Part shown: piece after piece, positions 1-12,228 of the stretch
Layout: each line of letters begins with the position of its first letter
Position numbering within the stretch: the first letter of the stretch is position 1
NCBI RefSeq assembly: GCF_001447785.1
Contig: NW_015163619.1
Span: 338,514-402,513, forward strand
Length of the DNA: 64,000 bases
Direction: 5' to 3'
Source: Gekko japonicus
Lineage: Eukaryota
Translations under genes and position numbers: made by a program
Notes under the pieces: model-generated
Told to the model about the DNA's origin: nothing
The model's database searches: none
Seen by the model: the letters and a program-made list of their open reading frames with translations, nothing else

Positions 1-1122
1 TTAGGTCTAAGTATACAAGTAAAATCGCCTCATCACTGTTACATATTGATGTTATATTAGCCCTGATAAGGCAATTTCAAAGCTTTAGGCTTCCATCCCA
101 GGCTCTCTCTCTCTTTCTCACTCTCATGTCATTCCACAATACCCCCCCTTCTTTGCATTTCTTTTCACCAATGAGGGGGGATGAGACTGGCTAAGCGGCT
201 ACCCAGGCACACTGGGCTTGGAGTGGCCAGCAGGCAGGTGAGGGAAGGGAGGGAGCTGAGGCAGAGAAGTCCACCCACTTCAGCTCACCATCACTGGGCT
301 TCTCACTAGGCTGGGGCCATGGTAGAGGCAGAGCCAGAGTCCTGCAGCAGGGCTGGCGAGGGGGACAGGCTCAGGCCAGGCGGTGGCCCGCATGCTGGGT
401 GGGGGGAGTCGCCAGTGGAATGCCCGCCAGATGCTTGCTCCCTCGCTCCCTTCCCATGGCTATGTCCGGTGTGCACCTCTTGGTGCCATGCTGGCTCCAT
501 GCTGTGGGGGCCTTTAGGGGCAAAAAGGTGCTTCAGTCCTTTGGCTTCCACCTTGGGAGATGCACCTATCATGCCGCAGGCTGCAGCCCCCATCCAGGGG
601 GCCTGGGGGGTCCAAGATCAACTCAGACCCCCCCATCAGCACATTTGCGGGGTGCTCACATCGGAACTGCGATGGAGCATGCCCGCTTGCAAGCTGCCAA
701 ACCCGAAAGTCCCAGGAACATTGCTTAACATATGCTGAATGCACTGGAAGAGTGTATATCCACAAAACAAGGGACATCGTAGAGCTAAGGTTTCTGCTTT
801 GGACATATGCACTGGCAGATGCTCTTTTATTTTATACTAACCAATGGCCAACTAAGAACATAAATTAGAAAAGGGTGGTCTTGTAATCTAAAAAGTGTAT
901 TATGCAGAGACATGGGCTACATTCACACATCAGTGGATATTGTGCTATAATCACACAATGACAATCATTAACCTACAGGAAAGTACATTGCAAATTTCTG
1001 TGCAACAAAAGCACAGTATCTAAATATGTGAAGATGCACCCCTGGTATGATTAGGAGGGAGCGAAACTCCAAAACTGCACATATTCTGATGTTAGGAACT
1101 TTCCCAACATATTCATTATTAT

Positions 1123-1315
1123 CAGGGCTTTTTTCTTTTCTTTTCATTTCATTTTTTTCTTTTTGGAAGAAGAGGTGCTGGAACTCTTAAGAGGGAAATG
1201 AAGTTTTCAATCTGTATACTGAAAACTCATGAACTTTTAAACATTTTAAAAATAATTTTGTTGAAGAGGTTCTGGAACTCCATTCCAGAGCGTTCCCCCA
1301 GAAAAATAAGCCCTG
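1123..1315. mobile_element. hAT-type MITE
   Basis: Ends CAGGGCTTTTTT / AAATAAGCCCTG; perfect 8-bp TSD ATTATTAT (1115-1122, 1316-1323). Confidence 0.85.
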
Positions 1316-1429
1316 ATTATTATGATGAACTTCAACTGAGCAAACTATTTTTTGTTTCCAACATTGTCAAAATAACCCCTTGAAGCAGGCCACCATTACA
1401 AAGAGAACTGGCACTGGAGAAAGCAAGTT

Positions 1430-1655
1430 CTATATATCTACTTCATTTTTCTCTTGCCTTTCCTCCCAGGAGCTCAGTACAGTGCACCTGGTTCCCTCCT
1501 TCTCTGCATTATCCTCACAAGAAGCTTGGGGGGTAGATTTGGATAAGAGAGAGAAAAACTGGTTGAGAAGCACCTGAGAGCTTCAGAGGCGAATGGGGAT
1601 TTGAACCCAAGTCTTCCCAGTCCTAGTCTTGATATTCCAACCACTACAGCACCCT
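1430..1655 (-). mobile_element. tRNA-derived CORE/L2-tailed SINE (Squam3-like), diverged
   Basis: Reverse strand has A-box (GTAGTGGTT) and B-box (GGTTCAAATCC) and matches the other copies at 8356 and 42208. Confidence 0.75.
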
Positions 1656-2019
1656 CAGTGACTTTGAGATGGAAACGGAACCCAGAGTTTCTCACACCAT
1701 AATCCAACCAAACCCATGCTGAAGCTTTCTGGTTGTAACTTGATATTGCACAGAGACCCTCATAATGGGATGAATGGGAATTATTTTAAAGCATTCCAAG
1801 TACTATTATGAATAAAGAATCCAAGGGGATAATGAACCCCTGACTTGTCTGACCCTCCAGCATCACCTATGCATACCAAAGTGGAAAAGCTTTAGCATTA
1901 ACATGGTACCACATGTCTAAAGTGTCCTGATCTCAAACCAGGGATACTGGTAACAGGCTTTGCTTCAGTTCTGTTTTTTTTCTTCTTTCTGGTTTCTGGT
2001 TGGTTCTACAACCCAAATC

Positions 2020-2135
2020 CTATTTCACTGTTTATTGAATGTCCCACCCTATTGATTATATTGACTCACCCTGTGCAATCTGCCTTGAGTCCCAGGGAGA
2101 AAGTGGAAGATTAATAATGTAAATAAAAATAAAAC
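2020..2135 (+). mobile_element. L2-type 3' tail fragment
   Basis: ...TGCAATCTGCCTTGAGTCCCAGGGAGAAAG... ending in an AATAAA-rich tail, as in the other L2/Squam3 tails here. Confidence 0.55.
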
Positions 2136-3519
2136 AACTTGATAGGGAGACTCATTATTTCTGCTCCCAGCAAGACTTTCCGGGGGGGGGGAACCTCCTG
2201 CTTGTTCTCCACCCCCAAACCTCCCACCTTCAATTCAAAAATTTATTCTTAATTGTCCGAGAGTCCAACTGCAAACTGTGAGCCAAAACTGTATTCCCAG
2301 GGGGTACAAGATATTAATAGTGCTACCCTCTGGCCCTACATATTGTAATAAACTCCACTGTAATTTGTTTACCCACCCTAGACAGTAACTAACAGTCAAA
2401 TAAATGGAGTTGGCGCCTGTAAGATTTATGATGTACCTCTGTGCTTAGCAATGTTTAATCAGGGAGTTAAAATATTACAGCATAAAAATCCTTTACAAGC
2501 ATGCACAAACAGAGATCTACCATTAGAGGCTTGGCAGGCACCCTCGGTGTCGAATAGTACCTCCAGACAATTTCAAAACACAAGGTAGAATATTCATAAT
2601 GGAGCTACTAACTTAAGAAACATGATTTGGAACAAGGTCGGGCCCCTTTTATTTTAGTTTTTAAGTTCTGGTGGTCTGGCTTTTGAAGTGACAGCCTGAT
2701 GGGCAGGGACAAGTGGGCTTGTCTGCAAGAGCCCGTCAGGCCAAGAGAGGAGTTTTTCTGGCAGGAGGTGATTTCTGGTCAAAAAGGTGGCGGATGCCTG
2801 TCAGAGAGCTTTGTGTGTTTGGATAAAACAGGCAAAGCATGTGGGGGGATCAGCATGAAGCATCACACCTGGAGGAAAAGACAACTCGCTCCAACCCCTG
2901 TGCCATAAGACTGGCTCCACAAAGTCTAGCCAACATCTGGAATGGATATCAAGAGACACAGTGCAGCCCCCGACTGGCGCTGCACTCTACCTTTGTACTT
3001 TTCCCTGCAAATTGAAAAGCAAAACAGACATCAAGGATATATTTATATAACTGTCTTCGAGCTGCATTTTCTACTCCCATCTGCTGCGCATGATAAGTCT
3101 CAAGTGTTTTTCTAATAAAAAAGCATTTCTTAAAATCCTTGTTCTTTGAGTATACCAAACTGACCTCTTTTCTTTTTTTTCAGATTGGTCCCATTTTTAA
3201 AGCAACACTAAATATTTTGCAGCCAAAACAACAGCCCTGGTATATTGAGACGTTCTATTATGAAAATTGCAGATGTCGTAAACTAAATGGGCAGTTGGCT
3301 CAACTTTGTGGGTTCATATGCACAGGAACATGTCGTTATGGGCATGTCCAAGAGTAGGGAAGAGCAAATGCCTTTTTTCAATTTTGCAGCCCATTGTTAA
3401 TTTACTCAAGATGGAAATCAAAACCAGATAAATAAATAAGGAATGGTTATAAACTGAGTAAAGCTACTCAATATCAAAAGATTGAAAATGAAGCTGAACC
3501 AAACACTTCATGCAGTTAT

Positions 3520-3718
3520 TGGGGGGATAGAACATCTGCTTGGCATGCAAAAGGCCCCAGATTCAACCCCACCATCTCCAGTTTAAAGGATGAGGTAGTA
3601 AGTTATGTAAAAGACATCTGCCAGAGACCCTGGGGACCCACTGCCAGTCTAAGTAGAAAACACTGGCTTTGATGGATCAAGGGTCTGATTCAGTATACGG
3701 CAGTTTCATGTGTTCATG
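3520..3718 (+). mobile_element. tRNA-derived SINE with CR1-like tail (Squam2-like)
   Basis: tRNA-like head (GATTCAACCCC), body GAGACCCTGG..CTGCCAGTC, tail GGCAGTTTCATGTGTTCAT shared with copies at 31691, 38740, 53590, 59925. Confidence 0.75.
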
Positions 3719-3899
3719 ACTTAGTTGGAAATGGATATTACTTTTTCATTTATCTTTAGACTAGGAATAAGGCCCATTGTGGAAATAAATACAACGAGAT
3801 CTAGAAAGAGGCTCTGGGAGAGTGCTCTGGCTTTGGGCAAACAGTGTCAGTTTGCTGTGGTGACCTCAGCAGGGTATAATGACAGAGTCCACTGTTTTA

Positions 3900-5365
3900 T
3901 CCAGAGGAACTGATCTCTGCTACCTGAAGAGCAGTTGTAATTTTGAGTGATCGGTAGTCCTCACCTGGAGATTGGCAACAATTTTACCCAGGATGAAATG
4001 GCTGGTTTGGAGGGTGGAGTCTATGGCATTCTACCTGTCTGAGATCCCACCCCTCCGCAAACCCCACCCTCTCATGGCTCCACCCCTCAAATCCCCAGGA
4101 ATTTGCCAGCCTGGAGTTGGCAACCCCATCTCCTTCCCAGCTAACCATCAACCTACCATTATCTGCCCCTTTGACTTCAGCTGACTTCCGCCCTCCCTTC
4201 TGCAGAGCAATTGTAATTTTGAGTGGTCTCCAGCCCTCACCTGGAGATTGGCAACAATGGTTCCCTATGTGGGACTGACTGGTTTGGAGGGTGGAGTCTA
4301 TGGCATTGTACCTGTCTGAGGTCCCACCCCTCCTCAAACCTCACCCTCTTCAGGCTCCATCCCTCAAATCTCCAGGAATTTCCCATCGGGAGTTGGCAAC
4401 CCTATCAGGATTGGCCCCAATGTGGTTTCTCCCAAAGGCCAAAGTAGGTGACAGGACCAAGCTTAGTTGCCTACCAACAGGCACTGAGGGGAATGTAGGG
4501 TTGCCAGCTCTAAGGAGGGAAATACCTGGAGGTTTGGGGGGTGGAGTCTGTAGAGGGCAGCANNNNNNNNNNNNNNNNNNNNNNNNNNNNNNNNNNNNNN
4601 NNNNNNNNNNNNNNNNNNNNNNNNNNNNNNNNNNNNNNNNNNNNNNNNNNNNNNNNNNNNNNNNNNNNNNNNNNNNNNNNNNNNNNNNNNNNNNNNNNNN
4701 NNNNNNNNNNNNNNNNNNNNNNNNNNNNNNNNNNNNNNNNNNNNNNNNNNNNNNNNNNNNNNNNNNNNNNNNNNNNNNNNNNNNNNNNNNNNNNNNNNNN
4801 NNNNNNNNNNNNNNNNNNNNNNNNNNNNNNNNNNNNNNNNNNNNNNNNNNNNNNNNNNNNNNNNNNNNNNNNNNNNNNNNNNNNNNNNNNNNNNNNNNNN
4901 NNNNNNNNNNNNNNNNNNNNNNNNNNNNNNNNNNNNNNNNNNNNNNNNNNNNNNNNNNNNNNNNNNNNNNNNNNNNNNNNNNNNNNNNNNNNNNNNNNNN
5001 NNNNNNNNNNNNNNNNNNNNNNNNNNNNNNNNNNNNNNNNNNNNNNNNNNNNNNNNNNNNNNNNNNNNNNNNNNNNNNNNNNNNNNNNNNNNNNNNNNNN
5101 NNNNNNNAGAGCTTTAAGAGCTCTCCAGCTGTCACCTGGAGACTGGCAACAGCTTGTTAGGAGGGTGGGGAGTATGGCATTGTATCTGTCTGAGGTCCCC
5201 CTCTTCCTCTTCCTCCTCAGACCCCACCCTCAGCAGGCTTCATCCCTAAAATATCCTGGAAGTTTCCAACCTGGAGTTGGCAACCCTATGTCCTTTCCAG
5301 GCAACCATCAGCCTACCTTTATTTACCTGTCTATCTTCAGGTTTACATCCCCCCCCTCTGCCTAG
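3900..5365. repeat. Tandem cluster of TAGGGTTGCCA-family hAT MITE pieces, spanning an assembly gap
   Basis: Three related units ending GGAGTTGGCAACCC (~4127, ~4403, ~5287); a left end TAGGGTTGCCAG at 4496; gap 4563-5107. Confidence 0.75.
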
Positions 5366-8355
5366 GGAAAGGGCAGTCTTTCCCTGCAGTGGGAACCAAA
5401 GCAGCTGACATCATTCTCCTCTCCCCCGTATGATCCGCACAACTACCCTAGGAGGTATGTTAAGGTTGAAAGTGTGTGAATGGTCCATAATCCCCCAGGC
5501 AGCTTTTAAAACATGAACCTGGGACCTGCACACCATCCTCTGAAGCGCTCTCTGTGGCAGTTAATGGGGTGACTGCTGGCACCTTTTCCTATCATTTTTT
5601 GTCTTGTGGTATTCTGCTTGTGGTGTGATCTGTCTTCTTTGTGATGTGGCATGATTGTGTTATTGGGTTTGTTTCTTTTGAAGGGGAAGTGTTGTGTTGT
5701 GAGTGAGGACATATTTTACCTCAGAATACAGTAGGTTCCATATGCAACTGAAAATTCCAACTGCCTTGTGGGGGGGGGAGTTTGAGGTGTGGAATGGAGT
5801 GAAGTCCAATCAGCTTCCATATGCAAAAGACCTTGAAACGCTGGGCGGGACTGCACAAAGCAGCCAGTCAACCCAGCCAGTGTCTTCTGACTGACAGTTC
5901 TTGCGGCCAAACACTAAAGGTGTGCATTTGGAACATTGGAGCCCACTACAGCTTTATATATAAGGGAGAGATATCTCTCAAAATATGCTTCTTTTCACAT
6001 AGCTGGTGGAGCACAACGTGTGCATGCCGATATAGTACTCCCAACCACTAAACCATCATGTGATGTCATTTAAACAAAGCATAAACAGCCAACAGTTATA
6101 CTCAACTCAGAAGAACTTCACAAGTGAATTTTGAGTAAGTGGCTGAGGCATTCCTTCCAGTGCCTGGACCACCATAAAAGGACATTTCCCAAAGAAGAGA
6201 CTCTTCCTGACATTGTGTTGGATTGGGTTTGGCATCAGCTACTTTGGCGTAACCATCATAGCGCCAATCTAGTCTCTTTGGACCAGCAGTCAAAACAGGG
6301 ATCAATGTAGTTTCTTCTGGTTAGCACAGTATACCAGGCATGCAATTCCGTATGCCTGTCATTTGCTGAAGCACATTGTTTGCTGGGGGAAAGAGCTCTG
6401 GCAGTGCCCTTAGTGTTTCCAGCTGGAGAGCTCACACCACACAACATGAACAACATGTTGCACATATTTGTTGCATTTGCAGAACTATTATTCATTACAT
6501 TTTATTTGCTTGTTGTCATCATAAAACGGGTCCTGTTCAACACAGTTAATAAAAGGACTGTTCAGCTTCCTACACGGCAATGATGTTGTCAGCCATCTAA
6601 GCAGGAGCAGTGGCTACAAACCAGACCAGAATTGGGTGCAATTAAAAGAGACAGTCCCAGCAGCATTTAAGCACCTTATATGGTCTTTGAAAAGCAGCAC
6701 TGGGCATCAATACCCAACAGTTTACCATTACTGAGTTCATTAATAATATATATAAAAGTACTCTTACATTTTCACATTGCTAGCAATCTCAAGATATGGC
6801 AGAAATAACCTTCCTTAGAGCTTCTTTAAAGCCAAATTCGATTAGACAAACATCAGCCTGAAAGTGGAATATTTTAAAAAAATGTAGTAAGAAGAACCTT
6901 GTTTCATGTGCCACAGTAAGACACAGTAAGACACATAAACTATATTACATAATTGCTGCTGGATTCTTTCCTTGAATATAAATTTACTTCCTAACACAGT
7001 TACAGGGTCTATCTTTTGCAGGGAGAACAGCAGTTTGGGGGGGGGGGTTAGGTTGCTCTTTGCATCACTGCAGCAAGAACATCCCCATTGCATTGAGGTT
7101 GGCTAGTACTGGCAATCCCAGATAGATTTCCTTTAACTGAAAAATGTAGCAGACAAAAGCAAAGTGTTTTGTGGTCAGCTGACATCTTTCAGTATTTCAA
7201 TTATCCTCCACCCCTTCTGATTGACATCTGTATTACATTTTGAAGTAAATAAAATAGCTTTTAAATTCTGAACAAGGCACAGCTCCATCATATGGAAGTG
7301 GCTACTATAATAAACTTCACATTTACTCAGAGAAGCACAGAGTTTATGAAAAGAAGGCATCATAAAAGGTTATCTTGTCCCTCCCCAATTTCACCAAGGA
7401 GCAATCATGTAAAAGTAACCCATAGCAGATGTTTTATCTAAGCTTAATCAAAAGCTCCACTGAAGAATGCATAGAACCATAAGACAGAGTCACACGCCCT
7501 GGGTAATTTCTTCCATTTCTTTACTATCCTCGATATTTGAGAACATCTTATTCTCTAATCTTATCCATATTTTCTCATAAATAAACCCTACTGAATTTAA
7601 ATAGGCTGACTCCCAAGTAAGTACATATATGATTGCAGTCTTTGATATTTAATCTTAATATTCCCCCTTCAGGTTAAGCCAATTGCTCGTATTACTGAGA
7701 TAAAAATGGTTTCCATCCTGCTTCCAGCAGCCTTATTCATAACTGAATAAAACTGTGCCTATGTTCTTCTCTTTTAAAAGCTAAACAGAGATATTTGCTT
7801 GACTTCGTGAACTTATTTATCTTATGATTTATCACTATTAAGTCTTCAGTGATTTCTGCCCAGACTGTCCTCAGTGAGACCTCCTCCATCAGGGTACATG
7901 GCAGGAGAAGGGGTAGCCCCTTTCCAGGGTTCTCGTGGCCTCCAAATCCACCCCTACTGGCCCCCTCCATGGCTTTGCTTTACAGAAACCAGGTCTTGGA
8001 AGGCTGAGAAATATCATGGTGGTTGCCCAGAAATCTCTAAAATATCTCCTGAGCGCTCGGTGGGCATTCTTTTCTTAATATTTGTTTTTGTTAATTTGGA
8101 GAGTATAAATTCCCTGTGTTGTTGGGGTTTTTTAAGCAGATTTTCCTGCAGACTTGGGACTTCCTTCAGTTTTTCTTTTCTGTCCCTAGGTCCATTTTGT
8201 AGATCTCTTAATTCATACTTGATGGCCCAGTTCAGAATTAGATGTACAATATTTCCTATATGTAGTGTCAGCATATATGACATATTTTCAAGAACATGTT
8301 TATTGTTTAAATGTGAATAACTCTGGTGACAATTAACATGATATAATTTTTAATA

Positions 8356-8589
8356 TTTTATTTAGTTAGTTCATTTATACCCTGCTTTTCTCCCCAGTGA
8401 GGACCTTAAATAGCTTACATCATTCACCTCTCCTCCATTTTATTCTCTCAAAACCCATGAGATGTAGGGTAGGCTAAAGAGTGTGTGACTGGCCCAAAGT
8501 CACCCAGCAAGGTTCCATGCCAGAGTAGAGACTCAGACCTGGATCTTTCAAATCCTAGCCCAATACTCTAACCACTATACCACACTGGA
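8356..8589 (-). mobile_element. Squam3-like tRNA/CORE SINE
   Basis: Reverse-strand head CCAGTGTGGTATAGTGGTTAGAG, CORE-like GGGTGACTTTGGGCCAGTCAC, L2-like tail with (TAAA)n. Confidence 0.8.
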
Positions 8590-9499
8590 TCCTGTTACAT
8601 TATTAAAGTATTCAGTGTTTTCAATGCTGTAAAGTTTTTGATATCCAGATATACAGTAACCATATATTGCAACCAGGTGAGTGTTTCTGTTCAAATAAGA
8701 AACTGTCTTTTTTATTTACTACAAAATCTGTTCTCTGCATAGATAGCAGAGGGTGCAGCAATTTGCCTTTCTCTCTCAAGCATTGGGTATACTTGCAATT
8801 TTTCTTATAAAAACTACAACATATTTTTACATTCCGTAAATATGCTAGATAGTACAGTTTTATATGCTAAGTTAATTACAACAACATAATTACAAATTAT
8901 GTTGTTAAATCAGTAAAAAAAGTTAGGTGTGATAGGAAAGTAAGTATTGCATATATTTCAATTTCTCCAAGACTTCAGTATTTCCAGAAATTGTACATCT
9001 CTAGTTCTAGTCAGTCCTTATTTTTAGACCAATTTCTGCTTCTTCATTCTAGATTTCCCCCATAAAACGTATGAATTTTTAAACATAATTTGTTTGCCAA
9101 TAAATTGACATTCCTGTTGTATGTACAAAGCATACATTTTGCACTGAAGTTACATATAAAAACCATACACAAGACAACTCTACAAAGCCAACAGCAAAAA
9201 GTGGAGAACTGAAATCATGGATTAAAAAAAAATGGATAAAAATATAAACTAATATGAAAAGAAACTGAACAGGGAACATTTGCCAGTCCCTAACAGATAA
9301 ATCAGAGAATTGGTCTTAGACCCACAAGGATGGAATTTTCAAGAATGTCTATGAAAATGTGACTAGACCTTCGCAGGAAACAAGAGTTCCATTACTTGGA
9401 GCTGGAGATGTACATTTCACCACTCCACCGATAACAGTGAATTTAACAGTGCACAAGGATACCCTGGAAGTGTAGATAGCCCAGTCTGTAATCAGGGAG

Positions 9500-9643
9500 A
9501 GTCAGGATATCAGCAGTAAAAGAGATCTCTGGGCATACAGCTGAGAAAGAGTTCTGGGACCTTTGACAGCTGCTGCCAGTTAGAGTACATATTGGGCCAG
9601 ATGGATTGATGCTTTGACACTACAAGGCATCTTCATATGTTCA
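9500..9643 (+). mobile_element. Squam2-like SINE 3' fragment
   Basis: CAGCTGCTGCCAGTTAGAG...AAGGCATCTTCATATGTTC tail. Confidence 0.55.
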
Positions 9644-10877
9644 GAGGATGTGCCAGGCATCTTTGTTATAAATATAAGTTATGTCACCTTGGCACCATTG
9701 GGTAATTTTATTTAAAAAATCTTAGCATAGCCATTGTGATATGCTTCACATGGTTAATCAAAAATATTGTGATGTTTTAAGGTCTTTCATGATTCCACTT
9801 TCAGAATGATGGCTAAATGTTTACATGCAGTCCATGTTGCTTTGCTGCGGTACATTCTTGCCTGGAAACTGTCCTTCAAATAAAAAGACTACGCTTTGCC
9901 AAAAAGTGGGACATTTTTATTGCTGGTACTTACATTGTATTTAGCCGTGTTGCTTGCTATTGCTGTTGTTCTTAAGTGGTTGCTGGTGCCTCAGGAAATT
10001 TCAACAGGACGTGATAGTGAGGAAAATTATCGTATATTTGGTGAAGAAAGGCATACCCTACAAATCCCACAGGGACATTTCCAATGCAAACCCTTGGTAA
10101 TATTTTGGGCCTTTTCCAGTTTCCATCTTGCTTCCTTACCCAAATGTAATCTCTTACATTGTTGATGCCCAGGGGCCAGTCCTTTGTGTATGCACATCAG
10201 CCCCAATGCTTGCCTTGAAAATACCATATGCGCTCTAATGCAGGACAGAGAATGCCAGAACAACTGCCTGCTTCAGAATTTGCAAAGAATCTATAAACTC
10301 AAACCAGGGATAGAGAACAAGTGGTTGCCAATAACTTTAACTTCATTTATCTATATTTGGCAAAAATTGTGCTGCAGCTGGAGATGAAATGCTGAGCGAA
10401 ATAACTGCAGGGATGTGAGCTCCAAAACAGCAATTACTAAAGCGGCCTGCCTTGTGTAAGATCTTACTTTTATTTATTGTATTTAAAGCCACTCTCAAGC
10501 TGTACAGTGCAAGTGTTTGCCTAATCAAATAACACTTGTATCTAAGAGTCTCATCACAGTTTCAATGATTGGAATACTGTGATCAGGACCCAGCTGAAAC
10601 AATTTGCACTGGACTTTCTTTATCGTGTTCACATTCACATTTACCTTTTCAGGGAGGAGGGGCAGTTTATTCCTACATGCTTCTGTTCTGTTCACACAGC
10701 CACTTTCATAGGAATTAAAACTAATGATGATATTATTTTCTTTGCTGCTAAGCTGAAAGCTTTAATTATCCCAAATAAGATCACATTAATGTATCAAGAT
10801 ACCTTGTCCATGTAACCCACATATCATTGATTATGACTGGCAGATTTCTGATAGAGGACTTTCCCAGCACCCATGAT

Positions 10878-10955
10878 ATTTTACCTGGATGCCAGGGATT
10901 GAATTTGGGGCTTTCTGCATGCAACACATGTGCTTTATCACTTAGCTATGCCCCT
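10878..10955 (-). mobile_element. tRNA-derived SINE head fragment
   Basis: Reverse strand GGGGCATAGCTAAGTG..AAATTCAATCCCTGGCATC resembles the Squam2-like heads. Confidence 0.55.
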
Positions 10956-12006
10956 TTTCATTGTTTTCCCCTGGCAGGGTTTTGGAGAATACAGGAGAAG
11001 ATGCATTTAGAAAGCACATAACACTTAAGTGTATCTGCCTAACCAACTGCATTATCTTCTTTGATTTCAGGAGAACCAACCCCAAAGTACAGTTGAAACT
11101 TCCAGCAGTAATTTAGCATCAAACAACTTCTTTTTACAAGCAAGTCCTATAGCTTGCAACAATGGCAGTGCTTCCAGGCATAGCCAGCCATTGCATGCNN
11201 NNNNNNNNNNNNNNNNNNNNNNNNNNNNNNNNNNNTTGCACTTCTCCACTTAAGCCTGTACATTTCACATTTGTTCCTTTCAAAAGAGAGTGAAGGAGGA
11301 TATAGAATCGGATGCAGCAATGAATTCCCACTAATGAAATATGGGAGGGATTTCTGTAGATTCCCCTCCCAACTCCTAACCCCTCTTTATGGCCACCTGT
11401 CTCCCAGGAGCAGCATCTTGAGGAGGGAGGCAAGAAAGTCAGTGGAAATGAGATGCTATCACTGTATCAGTCAAAATACCTGTGCAAAAACCAAGGTAAG
11501 CGAAAAAAAGAGTTTTGATAACATGAGAGAAATTTCACAAACCATCCTAGTTTGTCTAAAGGAGTCTCCTTGCCTAGCAGCACTACCAATTTCACATAAA
11601 TTCAAGCCCTGTACTTCCATCACTTGTTTCACTCTTTGGTTCTGTGTGTACAAGACACTGGGGAAGTCTGCTTGTACACACTGGCAAGCAGGGAGGACAG
11701 GGGATGGCAGCACAAACTGGGGTGCAGGACAGGAAAAGGAGGAGTCCCAGCTGACATTCCACTTTTCTCCAGATGCACTTCTTGTTATTTTTACACGAAT
11801 AGATTTCAAACATTTCTGTCAGGGAACAGCAGTAAATCGAATAGCAGTTCTAATGTACCCCCCCAAAAAAAAGGACACTGAGTTGGATCCCACAGTCCAT
11901 CATCAGAAGGCACTGGTGGTCGTGGATCTTTCTCACATGCCCTTTCCCCCAGAAGAGAAAGGGACAAAATCCCCTTGTCTGTTATGTCACCACAGCTCTG
12001 TGGATG

Positions 12007-12228
12007 GAAGAAGAAGCAGAAGCAGAAGAGGAGGAGGTTGGATTTATACCCCACCCTTCACTCGGATTCTCAGAGCAGCTTACAAACTCCTTTCCCTTCC
12101 CCTCCCCACAAAAGACACCCCGTGAGGTAGGTGGGGCTGAAAGAGCTCTTTCAAGAACTGCCCTTTCAAGGACAGCTCTTGTTAGAACTATGGCTTGCCC
12201 AAGGTCATCCAGCAGTTGCAAGTGGAGC
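12007..12228 (-). mobile_element. Young Squam3-like SINE, 5'-truncated
   Basis: Close reverse-complement match to 42208-42499 (CCCCACCTACCTCACAGGGTGTC..GGAAAGGAGTTTGTAAG); (TTC)n-like tail. Confidence 0.8.

Noticed and set aside
914-1042. Possible Harbinger remnant (GGGCTACATTCACA / TGTGAAGATGCACCC)
   Set aside because: TIRs too degenerate and no TSD.
4291-5365. Long ORFs of 250-400 aa here and at 24441-25307 and 41099-42308
   Set aside because: They are runs of X across assembly gaps.
6102-6583. Possible decayed transposase or exon
   Set aside because: Several stops in all frames and no motif I could match convincingly.
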